The notes under the pieces were generated by a model. That model saw only the letters and a list, made by a program, of their open reading frames with translations, had not been told where the DNA came from and made no database searches. From sequence record SRR31156797_10402: a DNA stretch of 51,441 nucleotides; one strand, written 5' to 3'. Position 1 is the stretch's first letter. Each line of letters starts with the position of its first letter. The position numbers were made by a program, and so were the translations under genes. Positions 10,600 through 20,320 of this stretch are shown piece by piece.

Positions 10600-11691
10600 A
10601 TGCAACAAAAGAGAGCGTTAGTGATTGTTTTTATCCTCGGTTTGGTTTCTTGCTTTACATTTCTTTCCACGGGAACCGTTTCGGCAAAACCGGAATTTAA
10701 ACTTAAGTTCGCCAATTATTTCCCTCCCCCGGCTTTTCAATCCAAAATCTGTGAAGAATTCATAGCCGAAGTTGAAAAACGCACCGGCAGCAGGGTAAAG
10801 ATTCAATACTTTGCCGGTGGATCTTTGGTTAAAGGTCCGGGGATATACAAAGGGGTGCTTACGGGAATTACCGATATCGGCCTGGCCCATGTGGAGTACA
10901 CCCCGGGGCGTTTTCCCATTACCGGCGCCTGCGAACTGCCTCTGGGATATCCCAGCGGCTGGGTATCTACGCAAGTGGCCAATGACTTTTACAATAAATT
11001 CAGGCCGAAGGAGTTTAACAAGGTGCATGTGCTCTGGATGAGCGCCTGCGGCCCCAATGTAATCATCAGCAAGAAACCGGTGCGTAAGCTGGAAGACATG
11101 AAGGGGTTGACCATAAGAGCGCCGGGCATTGTCGGCAAGACCATCAAAGCTCTGGGGGCGACGCCTGCGCCGACACCCATTATGGAAGTATATGATGCGA
11201 TTTCTAAAGGCGTGATTGACGGCGTGACAACGCCGTTTGAGACGCTCAAGACCTTCCGGTTCGCTGAAGTTGCCAAGTACACGACGGCAAGCTGGCAGGT
11301 TGGGAATGTGTACGCCTTTTATGTTGTGATGAACAAGAACAGTTATAAGAAGTTGCCCCCCGATATAAAAGCGACTTTCGATGAACTGTGCGGGGAGTTC
11401 AAGGAAAGAACGGCATTGATGTGGAATGCAATAGATTTCCATGGGGAAAAGTTTGCCAAGAAGAAGGGTGAAGAGTTCATTGACCTATCCCCTGAAGAGG
11501 CCGCCAGGTGGAAGAAGGCTGCTGAACCCATCATTGAAGATTATGTAAAAGAGATGGTTGGCAAGGGACATTCAGAGGCAGAGGTTAGAGGCTGGGTCGG
11601 ATTCCTAAGAGAACGTATTGCTTACTGGACTGAGAAGCAGATACAGATGGGAATTAAGTCTCCCACAGGGCCTGAAGCCATGAGGCCCTGA
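10600..11691 (+). CDS. dctP: TRAP transporter substrate-binding protein
   Basis: Signal peptide; KPVRKLEDMKGLTIRAPG, EVYDAISKGVIDG; start moved to ATG 10600 after AAGGAGG. Confidence 0.9.
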   Translation: MQQKRALVIVFILGLVSCFTFLSTGTVSAKPEFKLKFANYFPPPAFQSKICEEFIAEVEKRTGSRVKIQYFAGGSLVKGPGIYKGVLTGITDIGLAHVEYTPGRFPITGACELPLGYPSGWVSTQVANDFYNKFRPKEFNKVHVLWMSACGPNVIISKKPVRKLEDMKGLTIRAPGIVGKTIKALGATPAPTPIMEVYDAISKGVIDGVTTPFETLKTFRFAEVAKYTTASWQVGNVYAFYVVMNKNSYKKLPPDIKATFDELCGEFKERTALMWNAIDFHGEKFAKKKGEEFIDLSPEEAARWKKAAEPIIEDYVKEMVGKGHSEAEVRGWVGFLRERIAYWTEKQIQMGIKSPTGPEAMRP

Positions 11692-11755
11692 ACCCTAAAG
11701 GGGATAAAGGGTACTGGGCAACCTCTCTCTAAAAACTCCAAAGCGAGGTAAATAA

Positions 11756-12253
11756 ATGGCATTCTTATCCAAATTGGATAAATTCAATTGTTTGATAAGC
11801 GGCTGGTTCGAGTGGATTGGACTTGCAGGGTTTCTTATGATGATGTTTATCACCTGCATCGATGTCATCGGGGCGAAGCTCTTAAATACACCTATCCTCG
11901 GCGCCATAGATATGGTCATGCTGTCCCAGGTGGTGGCAATATCCTTCGCCACAGCCTCCGCTTTGATTCTTGGGAGACATGTTTGCGTAGAGTTCTTCAT
12001 GGTGATGCTGCCAAAGCGTGTTCAGGCTGTTATCGACAGCATCATTTCTCTGCTTGGATTAGCCCTCTTCATTCTGATTGTCTGGCGCCTTGGCATATAC
12101 GGCTATTCATTTCAAACCGGCGGGGAGGAGAGTGCCACTGCCCGCATACCCCTTTATCCTTTTGCCTATGGCGTTGCTCTTGCCGGCGTTCCTGTTTGCC
12201 TGGTGTTTTTATCTCAGTTTTTCAGCGCCATGGAAAGGATGGTGAAAAAATGA
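11756..12253 (+). CDS. dctQ: TRAP transporter small permease
   Basis: 165 aa, four hydrophobic segments, GRHVCVEF motif, between dctP and dctM. Confidence 0.88.
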   Translation: MAFLSKLDKFNCLISGWFEWIGLAGFLMMMFITCIDVIGAKLLNTPILGAIDMVMLSQVVAISFATASALILGRHVCVEFFMVMLPKRVQAVIDSIISLLGLALFILIVWRLGIYGYSFQTGGEESATARIPLYPFAYGVALAGVPVCLVFLSQFFSAMERMVKK

Positions 12254-13554
12254 GTCCGCTTGCAACAGGAATTGTCGGCATCGCGCTTCTCCTGCTCCTC
12301 TTTCTTCTCAGGATGCCGGTCGCATTCGCCATGACCCTTGTAGGATTTCTCGGGTTTGCCTACTTGGCTGACCCTGGACCTGCCCTCAGCCTTCTCGCCC
12401 ATGATATCTTCGAGCAATTCTCTTCTTACCCCCTGAGCGTTATCCCCATGTTTATCCTCATGGGGACCTTTGCATTTGCCTCCGGAATCAGCCGGAGGCT
12501 TTTCGACACGACTTACACGTGGTTTGGGCAAGTCCGGGGTGGCCTGACCGTGGCCACTGTGATCGCCTGCGCGGGTTTTGCGGCCATATGCGGATCGACA
12601 GCGGCGACAGCGGCGACAATGGGGAAAATAGCGCTTCCGGAGATGAAAAAGCGTGAATACGACAATAAACTGGCCACCGGCACAATTGCCGCGGCCGGAA
12701 CCCTCGGCATTCTTATTCCTCCAAGCACCGTCCTTATTGTTTATGGGATATTAACCGAGGAATCCATCGGCAAATTGTTTATCGCCGGGGTATTGCCGGG
12801 GCTGCTGCTCAGCCTCTCTTATGTGGCAACGGTTGTTTTGATTTGTATGCGCAATCCTCGGCTGGGTCCCCCTGGAGATCGTACCGGTTGGGGCGTGAAA
12901 CTCCGGGCAACCGGAGGGATCATCGAGGCCTTCATTCTATTTCTCTTGACTATCGGAGGGTTGTTCCTGGGCTGGTTCAGCCCGACCCAGGCCGGTGCCA
13001 TCGGCGCGGGGGGGGCCTTGCTCATCGGCCTGGCCCGAAGACAACTTAGCTGGACAAAATTTATTGAGGCGGCAAGGGATGGCCTCCGAACAGCCTGCAT
13101 GGTCATATTTATTATTACGGGAGCTGTTATTTTCGGTCATTTCATGGCGGTATCCACCATACCCTTTGCTCTGGCTCATTGGATAGGGCAGCTTTCCCTC
13201 CCTCCCATGGCCGTTATGGGGGTCATTATCTTCATATTTTTTATGGGCGGCTTTTTTATGGATTCCATGGCCTTGATTGTGGTAACAATCCCCATCTTTT
13301 TCCCGATTGTTATGAAGCTGGGCTTTGATCCGATCTGGTTCGGGGTCATGGTTGTGTTAGTGGCTGAGATGGGGGTTATTACACCGCCTGTAGGGGTCAA
13401 TGTGTTTGTCATCAAAGGGATTGCTCCGGAGATACCGCTTCATGTCATCTTCCGGGGAATACTCCCCTTCCTAGGGGCGTTGATTATCATTACGGGAATG
13501 CTTATGGCTTTTCCGCAGATAGCCACTTTCTTACCTTCCCTAATAAGCTACTAG
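12250..13554 (+). CDS. dctM: TRAP transporter large permease
   Basis: MPVAFAM, IPMFILMG, GTLGILIPPS, ITPPVGVNVFV; true start MSPLATG at 12250 (ATGA overlap), not 11788. Confidence 0.92.
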   Translation: MSPLATGIVGIALLLLLFLLRMPVAFAMTLVGFLGFAYLADPGPALSLLAHDIFEQFSSYPLSVIPMFILMGTFAFASGISRRLFDTTYTWFGQVRGGLTVATVIACAGFAAICGSTAATAATMGKIALPEMKKREYDNKLATGTIAAAGTLGILIPPSTVLIVYGILTEESIGKLFIAGVLPGLLLSLSYVATVVLICMRNPRLGPPGDRTGWGVKLRATGGIIEAFILFLLTIGGLFLGWFSPTQAGAIGAGGALLIGLARRQLSWTKFIEAARDGLRTACMVIFIITGAVIFGHFMAVSTIPFALAHWIGQLSLPPMAVMGVIIFIFFMGGFFMDSMALIVVTIPIFFPIVMKLGFDPIWFGVMVVLVAEMGVITPPVGVNVFVIKGIAPEIPLHVIFRGILPFLGALIIITGMLMAFPQIATFLPSLISY

Positions 13555-13760
13555 GGGAATTTGACAGGAATTCAAATAGCACTTTTTGGGTGAAAAACGA
13601 GATGTTATTATGTCAGACGACCATTTGTCAGGCGGCAAGAAAATCCTATTTCCGTACTTTTAAGATGGCCGTAAGGCTCATCACTGATCGTTGACATGAT
13701 CCAATGCACCGTATAAATTGGACCATGATTCACTGACCTTGTCTTTTTCTAAATGGAAAC

Positions 13761-14552
13761 ATGAAAACAAGAAAGAAAAATGAACCGATTTACAGAGTTC
13801 AGGCCCTTGAGAGGGCACTGGACATTCTTGACTGCTTCTCCTTTCAACAGAGAGAGCTGGGATTGTCCGACATTGCTGAAATAACCGGGTTGAACATGAC
13901 CACGGCAAAGCGACTGATTTCCAATCTTGTAAATCGTGGATATCTCCAGCAAATTCCGGACACCAAACGTTATCAATTGGGCATGCGTTTATTTGAACTG
14001 GGGGGGATTGTCTTTTCGTCATTCTCGCTTCGAAAGGCCGCCGCACACCATATAACACGCCTTCAAAACAAGTTGGGGGTCACCGTACTCCTGGGCACCA
14101 TAATGGACGACCAGTTGGTTTACGTTGACAAGCGAGAGGGGAGAGGAATGATCCGCATCTCATCCGACATCGGGTGGAGGCGGCCGCTTCATTACGGCAT
14201 GCTGGGTATGGTCTTGATGGCACATCTCGATCCGGGGCATGTTAAAGAGATTCTCGAAAAAACCCCTTTACAGGCCCATACCTCCAATTCCCTTACCGAT
14301 AAGGACGCCTTCAGCATTCGACTGGAAGAGATTCGAAAAGATGGTTTTATCTTTGAAAGGGAAGAGGCTGTGGAAGGGATCATCGGAATTGCCGCGCCTG
14401 TCAGGGATTACTCCAGGCAAGTCATTGCCTCCCTTGGCGTGGCCATCCCCGTAGTCAAAAGCAATTCGGAGAAAGATCTGGAAAAAACCGTTGAACAGGT
14501 TATGACAACATGCGATGAGATATCATCGGATCTGGGATACTTGAAGATTTAA
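13761..14552 (+). CDS. IclR family transcriptional regulator
   Basis: VQALERALDIL HTH, YQLGMRLFELG, IRKDGF...EEAVEGIIGIAAPV. Confidence 0.93.
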   Translation: MKTRKKNEPIYRVQALERALDILDCFSFQQRELGLSDIAEITGLNMTTAKRLISNLVNRGYLQQIPDTKRYQLGMRLFELGGIVFSSFSLRKAAAHHITRLQNKLGVTVLLGTIMDDQLVYVDKREGRGMIRISSDIGWRRPLHYGMLGMVLMAHLDPGHVKEILEKTPLQAHTSNSLTDKDAFSIRLEEIRKDGFIFEREEAVEGIIGIAAPVRDYSRQVIASLGVAIPVVKSNSEKDLEKTVEQVMTTCDEISSDLGYLKI

Positions 14553-14833
14553 GATATCCACATGCTATTCAACCGGAATGTCCCCAACCTGTCCGGAAGC
14601 CCGCCCCCCGTACAAGAGAATTCATCCCATTCATACCCTCTTTTGCCCCATGGTTTACACATCACGCCCCCCATTCATTTAAGTCGGCGCGTTCCCAGCT
14701 GAAGACGGTTGACGCATGCCCTTATAGAGTTGCACGCTGACGGATTTTTATTTCATCATAGGCATTTTCAATATCGCACTTTTTGTGGTAATGAATACAA
14801 TTTCAGCAGGATAAAAAATTAAGGAGTCTGTTA

Positions 14834-15667
14834 ATGGAAAATCAACCGTCAAATTCGAAAAACCCGGTCACCTACCGCGCAAAGGATTTTATCGGCGTCA
14901 TAACCCTCAATAGGCCCGAGAAACGAAACGCTCTGAATACCCATGTGTGGCAAGCCCTGGACCAGGCCGTTGCAAAAGCGGAGAAGGATTCCGGGGCGAG
15001 GGTTATCGTGGTTCGGGGTAAAGGAAAATCCTTTTGTGCGGGCCTGGACCTGAGCCCGGAAAATGAAATCTTCATCTCGTTCAACAGACCACCCGATGCG
15101 GCCCAAAAGGTATGGTTTTTTAAGGAAGTATCCCGTATACAGAAGATTCACACGCGTCTGGAAAAGATTTCAAAACCCACCATTGCGTCGATACAGGGGC
15201 ATTGTCTGGGGGCGGGACTTGAGTTGGCCTTATGCTGTGACATCCGCATGTGCGAACGGAAAACAATCTTTGCCCTGCCGGAATCCAAACTGGGGATTAT
15301 CACGGATGTGGGAGGTCTTCAGCGATTGCCGAGGGTTGTGGGAAAAGGTCACGCCAGGGAAATTGCATTTCGAGGGAACAGGTTTGACGCAATTCATGCA
15401 GAACGTATCCAGCTGGTGAACCATGTTTACGATGATCCCGAGACCCTTGAAAAAAGGTCAATGGAAATGGCGGAAGAAATCGCCGGCAATCCGCCGCTGG
15501 CCGTGCAGGGTGCCAAAGAGGTTATGTGTTTTGATGAGGAGGCCGGTCTGGAAGAATCCCTTCATTACAATGCGGCCCGATCCAGCATGATTATCCCTTC
15601 GAAAGATCTCTTTGAGGCGGTTTCAGCCCATATGGAGAAGCGCAAAGGCAATTTTACGGGCGCATAA
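14834..15667 (+). CDS. enoyl-CoA hydratase/isomerase (crotonase) family protein
   Basis: TLNRPEKRNAL, FCAGLDL, CLGAGLELALCCDIR, PESKLG. Confidence 0.92.
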   Translation: MENQPSNSKNPVTYRAKDFIGVITLNRPEKRNALNTHVWQALDQAVAKAEKDSGARVIVVRGKGKSFCAGLDLSPENEIFISFNRPPDAAQKVWFFKEVSRIQKIHTRLEKISKPTIASIQGHCLGAGLELALCCDIRMCERKTIFALPESKLGIITDVGGLQRLPRVVGKGHAREIAFRGNRFDAIHAERIQLVNHVYDDPETLEKRSMEMAEEIAGNPPLAVQGAKEVMCFDEEAGLEESLHYNAARSSMIIPSKDLFEAVSAHMEKRKGNFTGA

Positions 15668-15771
15668 TGGGAATTTTCATTTTGATTTTTTTTTTGCTTT
15701 TCCTGTAAAATAAAGGTTTTCGGATCGTCTGTTCACGTCAAATTTGTGTTATTTTGTTTAGCGAGGATCAT

Positions 15772-17088
15772 ATGAAGCAGATTAATATCGGGATCATTGG
15801 ATTTGGAACCGTGGGTGCGGGGACTTATGAGGTGCTGACCACAAACCGGGATATTATTACAAACCGGGTTGGGGCCGGGGTGGTTGTTCGAAAAATTGCG
15901 GATCTGGATATCGAAAGGGATCGCGGAATTCCGGAAAAACCGGAGGCCGGTATCCTGACCACCGATGCCATGGATATCATTTCAGATCCTGAAATCCATG
16001 TGGTTGTTGAATTGATGGGAGGCCTTGAAAAAGCCAGAGAATTCATCTTAAAGGCCATGGAACACGGCAAGCATGTGGTTACGGCCAACAAGGCCCTGCT
16101 GGCGGAATTCGGATGGGAAATCTATCGTGCGGCTGAGCGTCACGGGGTCACCCTCGCCTTTGAGGCCAGCGTCGGCGGGGGTATCCCCATTATCGGCGCG
16201 TTGAAAACCGGGCTTTCCGGCAACCGGATTCAGGCCTGTATGGGCATACTGAACGGGACTTCAAATTATATCCTTACCCGAATGGCCCGGGAAAACCTGC
16301 CCTTTGAGAGGGCCGTAGAGGATGCCGTGGCCCTGGGCTTTGCGGAAGATCCCCCCACGCTGGATGTGGACGGAACCGATGCGGCTCACAAACTGGCCAT
16401 TATGATCTCCATCGCCTTTGGGAGTGCCATCGATTTTGATCATGTATTTCGAGAGGGGATTGTTGCCATAACGCCTGATGATATCCGCTTCGCCCGAGAA
16501 TTCGGATATCATATCAAGCTGCTGGCCATCGCAAAGGATCTCGGGAATCAACTGGAGGCCCGTGTTCATCCGGTCATGATCCCTAAAAATCATATTCTGG
16601 CCAATGTCCATGAGGCCTTTAATGCCATTTTTCTTGAAGGGGATTTTGTGGGCCCCACCCTCTATTACGGCCTTGGCGCCGGCCGAAAGCCCACCGGGAG
16701 TGCCGTGGTCTCCGACATCATAAGCCTGGCCAGGGATATGGTAATGGAAAAACAGGGCATGGTGCCGCCCCTGGCCCATGTGCAGCCGCCTGAAAAGGCT
16801 GTTTCCATTCAACCCATGGATGAGCTGGTGACATCCTACTATTTCAGGGTCTCGGCCCTGGATACCCCCGGCGTTTTGTCGACCATCTCCGGGATCCTTG
16901 CACAAAACGGCATCAGCATTTCATCGGTTATTCAGAAAGGGAGGGGCGAGAAAGGTTCCGTTCCCATTGTCATGCTGACCCACGAAGCCCGGGAAAGCCA
17001 GGCGCAAAAGGCAATCCGATTGATTGATCGTCTCGATGTGGTAACGGATAAGACGGTGGTGATCCGCGTGGAAGGAAACCATATATGA
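15772..17088 (+). CDS. hom: homoserine dehydrogenase with C-terminal ACT domain
   Basis: GFGTVG, VVTANKAL, FEASVGGGIP, ILNGTSNYIL, DTPGVLSTIS (ACT); start at ATG 15772. Confidence 0.95.
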   Translation: MKQINIGIIGFGTVGAGTYEVLTTNRDIITNRVGAGVVVRKIADLDIERDRGIPEKPEAGILTTDAMDIISDPEIHVVVELMGGLEKAREFILKAMEHGKHVVTANKALLAEFGWEIYRAAERHGVTLAFEASVGGGIPIIGALKTGLSGNRIQACMGILNGTSNYILTRMARENLPFERAVEDAVALGFAEDPPTLDVDGTDAAHKLAIMISIAFGSAIDFDHVFREGIVAITPDDIRFAREFGYHIKLLAIAKDLGNQLEARVHPVMIPKNHILANVHEAFNAIFLEGDFVGPTLYYGLGAGRKPTGSAVVSDIISLARDMVMEKQGMVPPLAHVQPPEKAVSIQPMDELVTSYYFRVSALDTPGVLSTISGILAQNGISISSVIQKGRGEKGSVPIVMLTHEARESQAQKAIRLIDRLDVVTDKTVVIRVEGNHI

Positions 17089-18311
17089 AAAAGGAGAAGC
17101 AAACGGAAACAAAATATATTCTTCTGGTTGGAGACGGTATGGGGGATTACCCATTGCCCCAATTGGACGGTAAAACACCCTTGGAGGCGGCCCATACCCC
17201 GAACATGGATCGCATCGCCGCCTGCGGGATCGGTCTTGCCAAAACCATTCCCGATGGTCTTGAACCGGGGAGCGATACGGCCAATCTTTCCCTCATGGGT
17301 TACGATCCCGCCATGTACCATACGGGGAGAGGCCCCTTTGAAGCGGCCAGCATGGGCATCCCCTTAGGGGAAAATGAGGTGGCCTTTCGAATGAACCTGG
17401 TCGCCCTGGATCGAAAATCAGATGACGAAATCATCATGGTGAGCAACAGTGCCGGGGGCATTACCACGGAAGAATCGGAAGTTCTGGTGAAAGACCTCGG
17501 AAAAAGAATGGTTATGCCGGGGGTCCGTCTTTACCCGGGTGTTGCCTACCGACACCTTATGGTGTGGGACGGGGGTCCTGAAAACGCCGAGACCATCCCG
17601 CCTCACGATGTTCAGGACCAGAACATGGCCAACTACCTGGATCCACATGGTGAGGATGCAATTGTGGAAATCACCCGGAGTTCGTGGCCTTTTCTGGAAA
17701 GCCATCCCGTCAATCTGTCCCGTGAAAAGAAGGGTCTTCTTCCGGCCAACTCCATATGGTTGTGGGGACAGGGGAAGCGCTTGAATGTCCCCCTTTTCAA
17801 TGAAATTTTCGGTCTCAGGGGGGGGGTCATTTCGGCGGTAGACCTGCTCAAGGGGATCGGCGTTTATGCCGGGCTTAAAATCATTGATGTGGAGGGGGCC
17901 ACCGGGTATCTGGACACCAACTATTCGGGAAAAGCATCGGAGGCCTTAAACGCTTTAAATGAACTGGATTTCATGTTCGTTCACGTGGAAGCGCCTGATG
18001 AGGCCAGTCACGAGGGAAGCATTTCCAACAAGATTCAAGCCATCGAGGCCTTTGATGAAAAAGTGGTGGGTGCGGTCCTTGAAGGGTTGCAAAAATTTGA
18101 AGACTACCGAATCCTGGTGGCCGCCGATCATTTCACCCCCATCTCTTTAAAAACCCATACCGCAGACCCCACCCTGTTTGCATGGGCCGACAAAGGGGAA
18201 ATGGCAAAAGAAAAAGGAGACATCCGGTTCACGGAGCGATTTGCAAAGGGCTCACGTGTCCATTATGAGAAAGGCCATGACCTGATGCCCGCATTTTTGG
18301 GACAATCATAA
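17085..18311 (+). CDS. apgM: archaeal-type cofactor-independent phosphoglycerate mutase family (ApgM; proposed homoserine kinase subgroup)
   Basis: GDGMGD, GKTPLEAA, PGSDTANLSLMGY, HVEAPDEASH, ADHFTP. Confidence 0.85.
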   Translation: MKKEKQTETKYILLVGDGMGDYPLPQLDGKTPLEAAHTPNMDRIAACGIGLAKTIPDGLEPGSDTANLSLMGYDPAMYHTGRGPFEAASMGIPLGENEVAFRMNLVALDRKSDDEIIMVSNSAGGITTEESEVLVKDLGKRMVMPGVRLYPGVAYRHLMVWDGGPENAETIPPHDVQDQNMANYLDPHGEDAIVEITRSSWPFLESHPVNLSREKKGLLPANSIWLWGQGKRLNVPLFNEIFGLRGGVISAVDLLKGIGVYAGLKIIDVEGATGYLDTNYSGKASEALNALNELDFMFVHVEAPDEASHEGSISNKIQAIEAFDEKVVGAVLEGLQKFEDYRILVAADHFTPISLKTHTADPTLFAWADKGEMAKEKGDIRFTERFAKGSRVHYEKGHDLMPAFLGQS

Positions 18312-18389
18312 TGATTTCGACCGAATCCCTTGACAGGTGCAATGGTTTTGACCTATTTTCGGTAAAAAATAAATCGAAGGAGAAAAGAA

Positions 18390-19073
18390 ATGAAAATACT
18401 GTTTTTCGGACCCAATGGAAGCGGCAAAGGTACCCAGGGCGCAATCGTCAAAGACAAATACGGTATCCCTCATATTGAAACGGGCGTGATCTTCAGGGAT
18501 AATATTTCCCGTGGAACCGACCTGGGCAACGAGGCCAAAGGGTATATTGATCGAGGGGAACTGGTTCCCGACAGCATTACCATCCCCATGATCCTGGACC
18601 GCCTGAAACAAGATGACTGCAAAGACGGCTGGCTCCTGGACGGCTTTCCCAGGAATCTCACCCAGGCCCAGGAGCTGGATAAAGCGCTCAAAGAAGCCGG
18701 CATCACCCTGGATATCGTCATCGATATGAAACTGGATCGCCAGATTGCCAAAGACCGCATCATGGGCCGCAGGCTTTGCGCCAATGACAACAACCATCCC
18801 AACAATATTTTTATCGATGCCATCAAACCCGATGGCGATAAATGCCGGGTTTGCGGTGGAGAACTGAAGACACGGAGCGACGACCAGGATGCGGATGCCA
18901 TTGATCAACGGCACAATATCTATTATGACACGGAAACGGGCACCACGGCCGGATTGCTGTTTTTTAAAGAGGTCTCCGTCAATAACAATGGTGTTCCCAA
19001 AATTGTTGACCTGGACGGTAAAAATGCCTTGCCGGACGTATCCGCGGAATTGATGAGTAAACTGGACGCATAA
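18390..19073 (+). CDS. adk: adenylate kinase with metal-binding LID
   Basis: GPNGSGKGTQ, GELVPD, LDGFPR; LID C-X5-H-X15-C-X2-C. Confidence 0.96.
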   Translation: MKILFFGPNGSGKGTQGAIVKDKYGIPHIETGVIFRDNISRGTDLGNEAKGYIDRGELVPDSITIPMILDRLKQDDCKDGWLLDGFPRNLTQAQELDKALKEAGITLDIVIDMKLDRQIAKDRIMGRRLCANDNNHPNNIFIDAIKPDGDKCRVCGGELKTRSDDQDADAIDQRHNIYYDTETGTTAGLLFFKEVSVNNNGVPKIVDLDGKNALPDVSAELMSKLDA

Positions 19074-19103
19074 AGAACCGGTAAACCCTGTAAAAAATAG
19101 AAC

Positions 19104-19145
19104 AAAAAAAAGAGAGGTTCACCCAAAAGGGGAGCCTCTTTTTTT
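19104..19145 (+). terminator. intrinsic terminator (possibly bidirectional)
   Basis: A-tract, AGAGGTTCACCC-AAAA-GGGGAGCCTCT stem, T-tract. Confidence 0.8.
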
Positions 19146-19214
19146 ATGGGGGTCATCCGCAAAGAGCATCCTGTTTTAAGGGTTTCTAAGTGCTGGCTTT
19201 GTTTTAAAAAATCC

Positions 19215-19244
19215 TTGACAAAAACGGGTTTATTTAAAGATAAT
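19215..19244 (+). promoter_or_regulatory. sigma70-like promoter of hydrogenase operon
   Basis: TTGACA-N18-GATAAT. Confidence 0.55.
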
Positions 19245-19315
19245 GAGCATTCATGAGGTAAAATAGAGAGATTAGGCCAAGAAAGTTTCCATTAACTCAC
19301 ATTAGGAGGCGCCGA

Positions 19316-20260
19316 ATGAAAGAGGAAAAGGAATTCTATGAAAGGTTAGAAAGGAAAGGGATCTCAAGAAGGGATTTCATGAAGTACTGTGGGGTGGTTA
19401 CTGCTACCATGGGCCTCTCTTCTTCCTTTATACCCCAGGTTGCGGAGGTCTTCGCGGCCCCCAAACAGCGGCCGCCGGTCATATGGCTCCATTTTGGGGA
19501 ATGCACCGGCTGTTCCGAGGCGACCCTCAGGTCCATGTATCCCTGGATCGACGAGTTGGTCCTTGAAATTCTGGATATTGCCTACCATGAAACCATTATG
19601 GTCGCTTCCGGATTCCAGGCTGAAGATGTGATTCATTCAGCCACCAAAAAATATAAGGGGAAATATATTTGCGTGGTGGAAGGGGCCGTCGCCACCAAGT
19701 ACAACGGCGCCTATGGAAAAATTGGCGGTCGCACTTTTCTTGAATCCGCCAGAGATATTGTGCCCAATGCCGCCGCCACCATCTGCATCGGTACCTGCTC
19801 GGCCTACGGGGGTATTCAAGCGGCCAAACCCAATCCCGGCGGATATAAAGGTGTCGGCGACGCTCTGGGCGTCAAGACCGTCAATATCCCCGGTTGCCCT
19901 CCCAATCCCATCAACCTGGTGGGCACCATCGTCAACTATCTGCTCCTGGGTAAACTGCCGGCACTGGACGACCTGGGAAGACCTCTTTTTGCCTATGGAA
20001 AAACCATTCACGATCAATGTCCCAGAAGGTCCCATTACGAAAACGATGAATTCGTGGAAACATTCGGCTCCAAAGAAGCCAGCATGGGATACTGCCTGTT
20101 CAAGGTGGGCTGTAAAGGGCCTGATACCTACAACAATTGCGCCACCGCCAAATACAATGACGGCACCAGCTGGCCCGTTGAAGCGGGACATCCCTGTATC
20201 GGCTGCAGTGAGCCCGCGTTCTGGGACAAAATGACCCCGTTCTTTGAAGAAAGCAAGTAA
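19316..20260 (+). CDS. hynB: periplasmic [NiFe] hydrogenase small subunit (group 1)
   Basis: Tat signal SRRDFMK; ECTGC, GTCSAYGG, PGCPP, HDQCPR, CLFKVGCKGP, HPCIGC. Confidence 0.93.
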   Translation: MKEEKEFYERLERKGISRRDFMKYCGVVTATMGLSSSFIPQVAEVFAAPKQRPPVIWLHFGECTGCSEATLRSMYPWIDELVLEILDIAYHETIMVASGFQAEDVIHSATKKYKGKYICVVEGAVATKYNGAYGKIGGRTFLESARDIVPNAAATICIGTCSAYGGIQAAKPNPGGYKGVGDALGVKTVNIPGCPPNPINLVGTIVNYLLLGKLPALDDLGRPLFAYGKTIHDQCPRRSHYENDEFVETFGSKEASMGYCLFKVGCKGPDTYNNCATAKYNDGTSWPVEAGHPCIGCSEPAFWDKMTPFFEESK

Positions 20261-20320
20261 CCGGAACGACCGTTAAGGTTCTGAATGAAAAAATACTCTT
20301 AAGAAAAGAGAGGAGAAAAT

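Noticed and set aside
11788-12249. N-terminal extension of the 588-aa ORF
   Set aside because: Overlaps dctQ out of frame; DctM homology begins at 12250
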